From assembly GCF_018350175.1 (NCBI RefSeq), contig NC_058368.1, positions 26,724,001 through 26,788,000 of the forward strand: a stretch of DNA of 64,000 nucleotides, given 5' to 3'. Shown in pieces: positions 24,770-37,539 of the stretch. A model generated the notes under the pieces. The model had not been told where the DNA came from. It searched no databases and saw only the letters and a list, made by a program, of their open reading frames with translations. Made by a program: the position numbers and the translations under genes. The stretch comes from Felis catus. Lineage: Eukaryota. How positions within the stretch are numbered: the stretch's first letter is position 1; every line of letters starts with the position of its first letter.

Positions 24770-25900
24770 TCTCTGAATCTTGCTTCTTCCACTTCGACCA
24801 CCCTGTCCCGCTTACCCAGCCCCCGATTACTCTCCCCAAACTAGTCTCACGAGGGCTGCTGAGGCCTTTCAAAGACATCAATCCAGTGACCTGGCCCATT
24901 CTCCTTGTCCCATTCTCCTTGACTTCCCAGCACTGTTCAACAGTGTTCATGCTTTCCTTCAACAAATAGTCACGGAGTATTTCTCTATACCAAGCACTGT
25001 TCTAGGCACTTAGGATAGGTTAATAAAACAAAGATTGCTGCCCTTGTGGAGGTTACGTCTTATTAGACTGTGGGGGCAGAGATCAAAAACATAAATAACA
25101 AATTATTATTATATAGACAAATTAGTAAGTAAATTGTTATATTAACCAGTCTTAAAGAAAAAAAGGAAAGAGAGCAGGGCAAGGCAGTCAGGGAGGTGAA
25201 TGTCGGGAGGTTTCAGTGTCCAAAGTGTGGTCAAGTAGATATCCCTGAGAAGGTGACAATTCCGCAGACTTGAAGGAGGTGAGAGAGGAAACCATGTGGA
25301 CATCTGAGGGAGTGTGTTCCAGGGAGTATGTCTGAGTGTTCAAGGACTGGCAAGGAGGCCAGTGCACTGGAGAGAGCTGAGGGGAGGGTCCTAGGGAATG
25401 AAGTCAGAGAGGTAACAGACCTTCGGCCATCTTGGGCTTGTAAACCCTGTTATCACATTCCCCCTTTGGCCTCCATAAATGTGCTCTGCTGGTCCTCTCT
25501 GCAGTTTCTTCCTTTGCTTCCTCTTCCAGGGCCTTTGTCTTCGGCTGATCCCCACAGAGTTGGGTTTTCCAGATGCTCTTTTCTCATCCACCTCTCTTCC
25601 CTCACCATCTCGTCCTTCTTTACTGCATCTGCTTCCTTTGCTTCTATCATATGACTAATTCCAAAAATTGTCTCCAGGTTACACCTACTTCCAAGGTACT
25701 CTTTCTCCTTTGGCGTCTTACCAATATCTCATACTTGATATGTAATAAATCAGCTTTCTGTCAAGCCTGTAATTCTTGGGGTCTTTCCTATTTCCATTAA
25801 CGAAAACTATTTCTTTGGCCATTTGTATTTAAAATCTCATAGTTACCATCATCCTTCTTATCTAATCAGTTTCTAAGGGCTCTTAATTCTATCTTCAAGT
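24770..25900 (+). mobile_element. Old L2 LINE fragment, interrupted by an antisense L2
   Basis: CAATCCAGTGACC...CTCCTTGACTTCCCAGCACTGTTCAACAGTGTT (L2 RT region), resuming after about 25447 with pyrimidine-rich L2-like sequence. Confidence 0.55.
24955..25446 (-). mobile_element. L2a 3' fragment
   Basis: TTCAACAAATA...CCAAGCACTGTTCTAGGCACT...CTGCCCTTGTGGAG...CTGAGAAGGTGACA...GACTTGAAGGAGGTGAG...CAAGGAGGCCAGTG. Confidence 0.85.
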
Positions 25901-28900
25901 AAGGAAACTTCGTAAGGGGATCATATATCCAAGAGAACCACAACCTTAATTTAATTGATTCATTATAATCTTAATTCCCCAAGTCACTTTTAGACTTTGA
26001 TAATATCGTCATATGTGCTCAGGTAGAACTCTGATTACCAATATATTCATAAAGAGTTTAACAAATTAGGAGTTAATTTTTTACTTTAAATAATCAGAAT
26101 CACTTGAAAGATTATAATTAAGGGAAATTCCAAGGTGTCGACTACATGAGGTAGCCATGGATTTGTAAAAACTGACAGAATAATAGGGTCTGGGTTGCAA
26201 GCTCTAATTCTGGTGCCAGAACATTCACATGCTGCCCTTTGCTGTGTCTTCCCTCATGTTCATTTATCATCACTCAGGCTGCTTTGCAGCTCCTGCCTGG
26301 CACTATAATTCACCAGTTTATCACAGACCCACTAAGAAAATAATTCGGGGAATGAGTAAAATCCCTGGAAGTAACCTATCCACCCTCCAGCCTGTTCAAA
26401 GACTGCATGACTTACAAGCTTGTAACCCACCACCAGTCAGTTTTTGAACAAGAACCCCATCATTCACCCTATTTCCACCTTGAGCCATAGGGTACGTGCT
26501 GCCTTATTTACATTTTTCTAGCATTGTCATTTTCTGGGACACCTCTGCAATAACAGGACGAGGGGTTATCCCCTGCCCTACCTGTTGCACCATTCTCTCC
26601 CTGACGCCTCTCTCTTTTCTCTTCCCTGAGAAGCTATTACACCTGCCTTTATTCAAATGGAGAAAGATAGTTGAAAGCACAGCTATTCCGTGTAACAAGT
26701 GGGTGCCATTTCTCCTTCCTTGGGGTGCGCCCTTCCTGGGCACATAATATGTTCTCCATTCCTATTTGTATAACTGTCCACTATTTTTCCTTTAGGGGGG
26801 AGGGGGCAGCCTCCAGGGAGGGGCAGTGCTCGCTGCACACAGCTCAAGCTCTACCTCTGTAATGTTGGCAGAGATTCACAAATGACATTCGAACAAGGTG
26901 GTGTCAGCAGCAGGGTCTTCATGTGGGGGCTGGTGTGGGTGGGCAGGGCAAGAGTGGCCCCGAACTCTAACAGGCAAGCAATGACCTCATTTGCAGAGAC
27001 AGGCCAATCAGTGGACATGTCTGAGGGATTTCTAGAAGTCTTAAAATTGGAGCTCAGGAGCTGGAAGAGTCTGACGACAAATGTCCTAGGTGAGAGTGAA
27101 AGCAGAGAACAAGGTTTGGAAAGAGGTAAGGTCAGAGGGGTTTTTTTCCTTCCTAGGAAGCTCCCAGTCACCATACAAAGAGCCTCTGGGCCTCGCAAAG
27201 GCTTCTCATAGCTCACTGGCCTGTCTGACCTCAGCCTAATGGTAAGACCAGGAATAGGTGGAGTTATTGATGCTACTAATGCACCCTAAAGTCTGCAGGC
27301 CTACTACACTCCTTGCACATCTGTGTGAAGAGTCCAATTTATTCACACTGGGGTCTATATAGGTTGGAAACTCTTAGTAAAATGCTTTAGGGGCTCTGAT
27401 TCTAAATTCTAGTGCCTCCGACAGCTGTGTATGCTTTGTGTCCACTCTTTATATGCCCTTCCCGCACTTGTGCCTGAGGCCTATGACACGGCCATAAAGC
27501 TGTTGTGTTCTTGAACCCTCCTGGTCTAAACTGGGAACCTCATCACAAATCATTTTACTCGGTGTCTACTCCAGTAGATTTCTCAATGTGGTATACCCTT
27601 CCTGTGCCGTCCCACTTGGAACTGGTAGTTGGGTTCAAAACAGGTATTGTTGGCCTGCCTGCAATCCCTCTGGAAAGCTGGCTTACATAATTTTCCCCAG
27701 GCTCCCTTCTCTGCTCTCATGGGTAAAAGGTACCTAAGCCACCAACAACCAGGCAGGGAGTATAGACAGATAATATCTTTCCTCAGTATAATGGGATATG
27801 GTGATTGACTGTGGGGTGGGAAAATATCTCAGGGGAGGAGAAGCTTGCACATAAAACAGAAACTCGAGGGGTAAGTATCTGACAGTGGCAACACCTTGAG
27901 ATTGCATAGCTTAAACATTCTCCATTGGCCTGACATATAGTGATACTGATTGAAATTAGGAAAAGCACATCAAGCAATATGATCAAACAATATTAATTAA
28001 TACATTCAATGAAAAACCATTCAACTCTAATGAACAACAAACGTATGTTTTATTGTAGACTTTACGAAAAATTATCTAGTTGGTTTGGCCAACATATGCA
28101 TAAATTCATCATGCATATGACATATTCTAGGAAGATCCATTTGGTTCCACTATTCATCATCTCTGCCCAGGAGCATCCTGGGTTGCTTAGCTTGTGTCAT
28201 TCATCATTGACTAGTTAGCCTGTAACTGCTCCCAGCTTATGAAGGAGAACTATGGGAAGGGTACAAAGGGAGAAGTTTCTGGAAACGATATAAAACTAAC
28301 ATAACTTCCTGAACCATCCTCTTGTTCTTTGGTGACCTGGATTGGAGAGTCAAGTGCACAGATGTGCTTAGGAGGCCAACAGTGCCAAGTGGCTCCAGGG
28401 CCTTGGAGGTGGAAATATGGGTACACCCAACTCCCACAGAGCTGAGTCTGAACTCACTGCCCAGATGGTTGCAATAAAACCCTTCTTTCACATAAAAGAA
28501 AAACATTTTAAAAGACCCCTCCCATGTACAGTATTATCTGAGGAAGCATAGGAAATCAAGTCTGAGTCGTTCATTTAAATCCAAAGTGCTATTTATAGTT
28601 GACAATGTCAGCTGTTATTTAACACTCTGTCCTGATAGCTGGGCCTCTTGGCCAGAGTTTCAATCATTTTGCTGATCATTAATGAAGTAGAGGAGACATG
28701 ACTTATTAGCAAGTTTCAGTTTGAGGCCCTGAATTGGTGGCATAATGGTCTTGCCCCTTCTCCCCCGAACGATCAAAGTTCAGTAGCTAAGAAGCTGTGA
28801 CCAAACAGGGCCCCCACCCACATCTTTCTCATCTCCACTCTTCCAGAAATAGACAGGATTTTATCAAAGAACTTTCTTGTTTGATGCCACTATATAAGTG

Positions 28901-29684
28901 TAATTTGGAAAAGGTAACATTTTGAAAACCGAGACATTTTTAAAAGAGGCTGTTGTTTAAAAATATAAAGCTGGATTTCCCCTAGTGATGTATTTATATT
29001 CATGGATCACCAGGCATTCTGTGGCCCAAGCTTCTCACATATTCCCAGAAATTTGGCAAAACTTCCTAGAAGGAAGCTTCTGGAAAGGTCTACTTCTGTT
29101 TTAACACCTCATTTGTCCTCAGGCTATTCAGCAAGATCCTAGAGCTTGGGGATTAGGGAATGACCAGGAAGGGGTCAGGATTCAGGATCTCCTGGGGTGC
29201 TAGGCAAGAGGTAGGTCTTTAAGCCTCTCCCTGAGGTTAGGCTTATTGTTCTGGGCTGGCTGCCCCTTATGCATCTACCATCCCAGTTTGTTTATTTCAT
29301 GGACAAAGCCTTCCTCTTGTTGCTTCTCATGTTTCTAGATCCCAGCATAATGTGCCTGCTGACTGCCAGGAAGTGTTTTTCACCCCGAGCTGACCAGTCA
29401 TGGGAGTACCCACACTCTGGGAACCAGAGAAATCCAACTGCAAGTCTGAAGGAATTTAATTTAACCTTAACAATCTTCACATTAAGTGGAAAATGTGGAA
29501 GTCAGCTCTCCGTTACTGAGTAAATTCAAAATATGGGCCAAAACAACCAAAACTCCAGTTTTGACCCAAATGTATCACATGACTGCTTCAGGTTTTCCAT
29601 GTTACCGTGTTATTCAAATGAGTTTCATCAAATGTAAATGCTTATGGTCCCTCAGGACTTCTCTATCATCCAACACTTGAGAAA

Positions 29685-30000
29685 CCAGTAAAGTATTTTG
29701 GCGATATGTATCGAAAGCCATAAAAACATTCATATCTTTGTAGAAGTGATTCTATTTCTTGAAATTTTCTGGAATTTATCATCAAGAAATAAGCCACTAC
29801 TGTTCACAGAAATTGAGATAACTGAACAATCATCTACTGATTGAAATTAGGAAGAGCACATCAAGCAATCTGATTAGCCAATAAGAGATTTAGGACAAGT
29901 AACGGTTAATCCATGTTACAGACTACTATGCAGCCATTTCAAAGCTCTATCTTTGAAGAATAGTAATGGCATGGGAAGTGTTTCATATCATGAAAAGAAG
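29685..30000 (+). mobile_element. Ancient L1ME 3' fragment
   Basis: TTTGGCGATATGTATCGAAAGCCATAAAAACATTCATATCTTTG...TACTATGCAGCCATT...TAATGGCATGGGAAG. Confidence 0.65.
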
Positions 30001-30429
30001 GGGTGTGGAGGCACAGAGATAGTGAATTGGGTGAAGGGGCACGATCAGACAATGGGAGAGCAGAAGAGAACAGAATATAAACAGCAGTACTTTTGATTCG
30101 TGGGGTCACAAGGCAGGGCTGAGGTGGAGCAGATATTACCACCTGGAATATTGAGGTGAGCACACAGAGACTCCTCTGAGGACTTGCCCACTTGTCCACT
30201 TGCTCAGTTGGCTGATGTCCATGAGCTAGTCCAGAGAAGTCGAGGGTCCTGAGAGGCAGGTGGGTGAGATTATGAACAGATGGAGACCACATGCCCTCTG
30301 CCCAGACCAGGGAAAATAATCCCTACTTACCATGGCAAAAATGCCTTACAGGGCATTTTTAACATGTTTGGTCACACTCTTCTTTAATTTCAAGGTAATA
30401 CTGGTGAAGATTCCCTCACCTCTAAGTTT

Positions 30430-30880
30430 TCTTATAACTGTCCTCTTCCCTTCACAGGAACACTTCTTGAAAGAATAGAATCAGGGGATGTCTGCTTCCT
30501 CATTATCTAGTCATTTCTCAGCCCATTGAAATCAGGCCTTGACTCCCACCACATCACTGAGACTGCTGTAGCAAAGGTCACCACGTGGTTTCTAATTGCC
30601 AAATCCAATAGACTCCTTCATGTTCTTGTCTTCTCAGACCCACTATAGCATTTAGTCATCCCTTATTGAAATGTTCTCTTAGAACTCTTCAAAGGCACCA
30701 TTCTCACCTGATTTTCCTGCTTTCACTGTTTCCATCGCCTCTTTGTCTCTTTTACTGGCACCTCTTAGTAGGCCTGGCCATTCCCATTGACCTGAAAAAG
30801 GTCTCCTTATCTTTCAAGACTCAGGTCCAAGTTTGATAACGCTGTGAAGTCTTTGTTCGCCCACTCAAGTTAGCTCCCTG
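30430..30880 (+). mobile_element. L2 LINE fragment with a recognisable RT remnant
   Basis: About 30526-30645 translates as LKSGLDSHHITETAVAKVTTWFLIAKSNRLLHVLV, matching the L2/CR1-clade RT motif QSGFR..HSTETAL.KVTND...A. Confidence 0.8.
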
Positions 30881-30886
30881 CCTTCT

Positions 30887-31858
30887 CAGGATGGATTGAC
30901 ACGGAGGTTAATACAATTTAGGCATCAGGGCACCTTATTTGCAAAGGCCATGAGCCTCATGTGTTCGTGAGGACATATATCTTTGCAAACTTGCAGATGT
31001 AATCGATTTTAGTTGTAATAAGTTAACTGTCTCTTGCCACGCTGACTGCCCCCCCCCACCCCACTTACTTTGCATATTCAGTAGTTTGGAGGAGCTGAGG
31101 GGATTTGGGGATTCAGGTCGGAGAGCTGAGTTAGAGAGACACCTATTTGGATTTAATCAAATATATTCATATGGTTCATAAATACTTCCATGTGGAGATA
31201 AGTGGCACTGGCTGTCCTGATGCAGGACTGGTTTCCAGGAATACTCCTACTGCCCATAGGACTGACTCACCCTGTGCCATGACACTCAGGACCAAGGAGG
31301 CCAGAGACTGAATCACAATAAGAACAGTCGGCCTTCCGTCTTAGGCACTGGGACTGTGAGGGCGGGTGAAATGAGGTTTGAGATGTACCAAGCTTTCTCC
31401 CAGTCTTTAAATATATAAAATTGTTAGTGAGTAATTCAGGCTTTAATCACACTGAGTCGAAATCATCAGTAATAAAAAACCAAGTTTAATGAACTATGCT
31501 AGAGGAAAGACTGAATTACATTTCTGTCTCTCTATGAAAAATGGTCATAAAAATTATTGCCATATGAAGGTGACCAAAGAGCATACAGCCAAAACATGTA
31601 GGGGGAAATGTATGAGAAGTTTGTTATGCAGTTAGTTAACAAAAATGCTATGTTGGTTTTCTCCCCTCTGGATTTTTTGATACTTGAGGTATAGGTCAGA
31701 TTTTTAAAATTTGGAATTTCTTGGAATTTCTTTCCTCCTTCTGAATAAAATTTCTCTTTGATACTTCAGTTTATGTGTAACATGAGGTGTTTTTTTCTTA
31801 AAGAAAGCCCCGAAAATCACAGTGACTTCAGGCTCCACCAGCCTCCCCTGCAGCCCTG
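30887..31858 (+). mobile_element. hAT-Tip100 DNA transposon remnant (Zaphod/MER115-like)
   Basis: Left end CAGGATGGATTGACACGGAGGTTAATACAATTTAGGCATCAGGGCACCTTATTTGCA and right end CTTCAGGCTCCACCAGCC...GCCCTG resemble Zaphod termini, with an AT-rich interior. Confidence 0.65.
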
Positions 31859-32593
31859 CTCAGGTCTTCATCTTTGTAGCTTTATTATTTGGTCCAGGTC
31901 CAACTGCCTCGTGCAGGCTCAGGAAATGTTTGTTGAAAAATATACCACCCCAAAATGATGTTGCACTCAGGGTCTACTTTATCTTACTATAACCAGAACG
32001 TGAGAACTAAAGGCAACAGAGCATCCTAGGAAGCCAATCCCAGTTCAGATGGGGCGTAGTCAGCTTTTGTGCTTCTCTGCTTGAAGAACACTTCTAGGTA
32101 TTTCTAGGTATTGTGGGTCATTTTATCTTTACGGTGTCTCAAAGTGGGGGACAGGAGAAAAGTGCGAGAATTCCTCTGATTATTATAGATGATTCAACAT
32201 TAGAGAACACAGCAAAATGAAGCAGAAATGAAAGAAGAATAATGAATAGTATCTGCCTAGGACCCCCTGAATCACTGCGCTCCCCAATTTTCCTTTTCTA
32301 TAGAGACAAGCCAGCTGTGAAGAGCATAGTCGGGACTTAAAACTCAACTTCAAACGTTGACTTGTTTGCTCTGTTACTTTACTTTCTCTTGGAGCCCTTG
32401 CTGTTTCAAGGTGATGAACTACCTGGAGGCTTACATTATAGGCTTGCGGCCGGTTGCTGGGTCAGCGGAGTATACTCCCAAGCCTGGCTTTCTCTAATTT
32501 CAACCTCTCTCTTGTTCCCGTTCCAGAGATACTCTTTCCTGTGTGACTCCAGATGCACTCTCCTGTGTGGGAGTCTAATGGTAATTCCTTTCT

Positions 32594-32660
32594 TATTTTT
32601 TTTAAATTTCTTAATTTTTTAATTTAAACATTTTTTAATATTTTTAATTTTTTTAAGTGT
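32594..32660 (-). mobile_element. Extremely 5'-truncated retroposon (tail only)
   Basis: T-rich tract ending AAGTGT(T), between TAATTCCTTTCT (32582-32593) and TAATCCCTTTCT (32661-32672). Confidence 0.6.
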
Positions 32661-35136
32661 TAATCCCTTTCTGTGTCATTAGTGTCAATTTGCTCCATCT
32701 TCCAGGTTTTATGGTCAGAACACTATGACCTCACCTCACCCTTGACCTCCACCCTAGTTCAAGTTCTTTCTCTGATGACTAGTCTTTTCCTCTCCAGATT
32801 TTCATAAGCATGGAATACAGTGCTTTTATTTTATCCTTTGTAGGTATTTATCTTCATCATTGGGACCTTTACCTCAGCATCCCCTCTCTACAGACAATAA
32901 AAGCAAGCTTCCTGGAAAGAATTCACACTTGCCTGATATATAGCACCTGTGGTTTAATCCAAAAGACACCCCCCAGTCTGATCATGTAAATTTCTTAAGT
33001 ATAAATATGTCATCCCCAATCCCATGTCTACGGGCTACTCATCAGTCTATACCTCCTTGCTATAAGAAAGAGACAGAGGGCCCAACTCAGGATTCATAAA
33101 AGTAATTGTAAGACAACCAGGATAAACAAAAGAAAGACCAAGATATGGAAAGACTAGTCATGAAGAAGGCAAAACTCTCATCTCATGTTCTAGATAAAGT
33201 GAAAAAGAAGATTTGAAAAACATAGTAGGGAGTGGTCTTCTAGGGAAAACTGGAAAAAAAAAGTCTAAAGCCTTGAAGCATAGGACAGATGTTTGAAATA
33301 AGAGTTGAAACAAAAATAATGTAGAAATTTATGTCCCAGTGAGAAGAGAAAGGTCCCCCTCTGTCTGAGAAGACTGACCAACTAACCTGAAGATGCAACT
33401 TCTGGGTCTTATGTGTCCATATTAACACAAGGAAGAAGAAAACCCCGGGACCAAACCAACAGGTGTCATAGGCAAATGCCACTTACAACTTTCAAAATAG
33501 TAATGAAATGTACAGCCCTCCTTTATGTACTGCATTGTGAAATCGGACATTTAAAAGAATAATAGTTAGCAGGTTGAAATAGAAATGCATTAGCACAAGA
33601 AATGCATAAGGTTAAAAGCAGATACAACAAATTCATTTATATAAGAAATCTTTGGAGGTAGATTCAAAGTATATTCAAGTTTGAAGATACTGGGACAATT
33701 TATGTTTCAAAGGTAGTAAGACTATTTACTTCCTGTTTTTGAATAAATTTGGTATGACTCCAAGAACCAATTCCTCATAATGATAGGTTTCTCAGACTTA
33801 TTAATTAAAAACCCATTAACAATAGTCTCAACCTTGATTTCTTTCCAGTTTCCTTGACAAACTGGCTGAGGGTATTTCTTGAAAGGGAACTATAACAAAG
33901 TTGTGTTACAACTTTTAAGAGGGTGCGACATTCCACCACCATCACACAAAGAAACAAACAGTTTTTTTTTGGGATGTTGGCATACATTTGTGTTCAAAGA
34001 ATAGAACGTCCCAGGGGAGCATCCGACCATGAGAAAAGAGTGGGTAAGAAATAAAAATCTGCATTATCTGATCTTGGCCAAATTTGGGGGGTGGCAGTTT
34101 ATACATATTGAGAGTGCTTCCCTATATATATGTAGAAAAACTTTACCTACTCAATGTCCAGAATAACAAGTATTTTTGACAAACGAAAGGTTCCATTTGG
34201 GAAAGAATCTCCAGGATTTCACTCCTCCTCCATTGCATAAATCTTGGAGTAGACAAAGGTCAGTGACAATAGTCACATTACCCTTCCCATCTCCCCCTAG
34301 GACTGCAGTATTTCCAGGGTCTGGATCCCACATGCTAACCAAATACAGTGACCAGAACTGCTTTTTCTCAACATGAGGAAGCCCCCAGAAGGAATCTTCT
34401 CAGTAGAGAAATAGCAAGAAAAGTAGAATAAAAACGTACATTTCTTTCTGTTATATCCTAGATCATACTGGGTCCCCAGAAAGTATTTCTAAAATCCATT
34501 GCACAGCTTTGCCTGTTAGATGAATATATACTAGGAAGACACATTAAACTTTTCTGGTTGTATGAAGAAATATACCCCTATTCTCTCCTACCCTTATGTC
34601 CCATTCTTATGTCTGTGTGGTACTCCTGACCTTGGCATAATTCCCTGGCAGGAGAAGTACAGATGATATGATCTCTGAAATCTTTTCCCAGGAGGAGATC
34701 CAACATTACCTAAAGGGTTATGTTTCCTGGGAATGCTGTGAATAGTCCCACTGTCCCACTGTTTTCTCAGGAAGCTGTTCACCTGTTTACTTTATGCGGA
34801 AGCAACCACACCCCTAATAACTCAAGTAAAGAGGTACCATAAAGAGTTCACATTTGAATTGTTTTGAACGATTTTCTGGTAAGAACTGAAGCGTTCCAAG
34901 TTAGGGGCTATTTCTCATACAAGAGTAGGCATTACTTGGCTGACAAGTCTCTTGGCAAGCTGAGCTCTCACGTGAGCTGCAGTGAAGGGTGTTTTAGCCA
35001 TGAGCCAAATTCCAGCTGAGTACAGTGATCAGGGCCACCTTGACCTGTGAGCATTCATCAACACAGCTCCCAAAGGGAAACTTATACATCTTGGGAATGG
35101 TTTCATTGGAGAACGGGAACAAGAGCCAGATTTCTT

Positions 35137-35321
35137 TTCTTCCTTTTTTCTTTTTTTTTTTTTAAGAGAGAGAGAGAAAGCACTAGCAGGGGAGAGAGGC
35201 AGAGGAAGGCAGGCTCAGTGTGGAACCTGATGTGGGGCTCGATCCCACAACTCTGGGATCATGACCTGAGCTGAAATCAAGAGTTGGACTCTCAACTGAC
35301 TGAGCCACCCATGCCTCCCTG
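35137..35321 (-). mobile_element. Can-SINE
   Basis: Exact 14-bp TSD GAGCCAGATTTCTT (35123-35136, 35322-35335) and GATCATGACCTGAGCTGAAATCAAGAGT...GAGCCACCCA. Confidence 0.96.
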
Positions 35322-35466
35322 GAGCCAGATTTCTTGAATCAAAGGGAAGAGGTCTCATATTCTAAGAAGCTGAACTAGTTCTGATATTCTTACAAAATTG
35401 ATATTATCGCAATTCAATCTATCAGTGAAACTTCATTTACATGGACAAGGGTCAAATTCAGTTCAC

Positions 35467-35981
35467 TGTGGTATTTATAAAGCATGGACATAAAATTTTT
35501 TGACATTCTTATGGAAAGATAGGTTTATATCACCTCTCCATAAGTCTGGAGCCTTTATGACTGCTTAACAGAATTCAGAGAAAGAGGTACTATGCTAATT
35601 TCATACCTAGGTCTTAAAGATACTGAGCTTTCACTTCTTGTCTGTCAGGAGGCTCATACTTGAGACCCAAAAACCACATTACAAGGAAACCCAAACAGCA
35701 CAGAAAGAGACCCAGATGAAAAGAACCGAGGTCCCTGGCCCATAGTCTTGGCTAGCCTTCTAGCTAACAGGGAGCACCAACTTCACATCTGTGTGAATGA
35801 GCTACCATGAAAGTGGACCCCCCAGCACTCAGTCAAGCTACGCGAGCTGACCCCCATTTGGAGCAGAGGAGTTATCCCTGCTGAGCCTTGACACAATTGC
35901 AGATTTATGAGCAAAATATATTGTGTTTTAAGCAACTAAATTTTAGAATAGATTATTATGCAGCAATATATAACTGATACA
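35467..35981 (+). mobile_element. MaLR solo LTR (MLT1F/G/H-like)
   Basis: TGTGGT start, ...AATTGCAGATTTATGAGCAAAATA...TGTTTTAAGCAACTAAATTTT...TTATGCAGCAATATATAACTGATACA end. Confidence 0.85.
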
Positions 35982-36469
35982 GTCAACTTGCTACAGGATA
36001 TATTTAGGCAATCTGGAAGTTAAAAGTGATCTATCCTTAATTTAATATCAATTTGGAATCTAAGAAAGCAAATTCAGTTTAAGAGGGGTGGTGCTTTGCT
36101 GCAAACGTATATTTGGTGTTGATGTTTTACAATAAGCTCTGTTAAATTAGTATCTTGCACATTTAAAATCGAAACCAATGATATTAATAACTAAACCATG
36201 GCACTATTGGCTAGAGCAAATGATAATATTATTCCCAACATGGGAGTTTTGTTGTAACCTTCGAGATTTTTTCCTTCAATTGCATGTCTCTCAGTGGTGA
36301 ACCATTTCAATGCTTTCATTTCTCCAGAACACATAGATTACATAACCATAAAGGTGTTCAGCATGGGACAGAATACATCAACACAAAACCTTATGCAATT
36401 TAAAGTAAATGAAACGAGGGGGCCTGAAAAATTTATGACAACACATCTCAAATCCTTACAATAAACATA

Positions 36470-36590
36470 TATTCACTTATTTATCCATTCACTCCACAAA
36501 CATGTAATGAGTGAGCTTCATTCATGTACCAAGCATCTGCTAGTGGTTAGACATAATGGTGAGTAAGAAAGTATAGTGAATAGCAATGAG
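36470..36590 (-). mobile_element. L2 3' end fragment
   Basis: TTTATCCATTCACTCCACAAACATGTAATGAG...ATGTACCAAGCA...ATAATGGTGAGTAAGA. Confidence 0.55.
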
Positions 36591-36801
36591 TAACAATGAA
36601 TACCTTCCACTCTTGTCAGCAAAGTATTTCTACCTATACACCTGGGGAAACTGGGGCTTATAGACCTCAAAACACTTCCTCTGTCTATCTCCAATGAGGC
36701 AGAAATTGCCTATGGAGACTCATACACTTCTAAGGGGTCCAAAGGCTGAATATCCTGGCAAACGCAAGACACTGGCCCAGGTTCCACTATACATTAGCCA
36801 A

Positions 36802-37250
36802 TGTGGTGGCATCTGTTATTTTTGCCTGTTTGATGTTCATCCCCCACTTGTGTAACAGCACCTTGATTTTCCTCTCAGGACTCTCCGCCAGTGCATACAC
36901 TGCTGCTACTCCAGGCTAGTTAAATCATCACTTTCCATTCTTTCTCCTTGGCCACAGTAATTGGCTTAGAGTTGGGAAGGAGACACATGTCAGGAAAATG
37001 TGGACATTCTTTGTAGCTACCAGACGTGAGAAACTCTCTTTCACCTGGGGTTGCAGGCCTACCGGTGTAAACCTGTATGAAACTCATGGAGGCAACTACA
37101 GGGAGGGTGTCTGACTGTAGGGAAACAGAGTAGAGATGTGGAGAGATTGGTTAGGCACAGGGCAGGGGGTGGGGGGTGGGGGGTGGGGGAAGCAGGCTAC
37201 ATGAGCCAATAATTCCTGACCTTTTGCTGAAGCTAAGATTCCTAAAATAC
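36802..37250 (+). mobile_element. Old MaLR LTR (MLT1K/L-like)
   Basis: TGTGGTGGCATCTGTTATTTTTGCC...TAACAGCACCTTGATTTTCCTCT...CTTGGCCACAGTAATTGGCTTAG...TACATGAGCCAATAATTCC. Confidence 0.65.
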
Positions 37251-37313
37251 CTGATCTACTGAATGAACCTATTTTTGGCCAACAAATGGTCCATAGAGAG
37301 GTAACTGTTACTT

Positions 37314-37539
37314 ATTTTTTTAATTAAAATTTTTTTTTAACATTTACTTATTTTTGAGAGACAGAGAAAGAGCACGAGCGGGGGAGGGGCAGAGAGAGAG
37401 GAAGACACAGAATCTGAAGCAGGCTCCAGGCTCCGAGCTGTCAGCACAGAGCCCAAAGCGGAGCTCAAACTCACGAACCGTGAGATCATGACCTGAGCCC
37501 AAGTCGGATGCCTAACCGACTGAGCCACCCAAGTGCCCC
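37314..37539 (-). mobile_element. Can-SINE (feliform)
   Basis: Full body with TSD AGAGAGGTAACTGTTA (37295-37310) / AGAGAGGCAACTGTTA (37540-37555). Confidence 0.97.
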
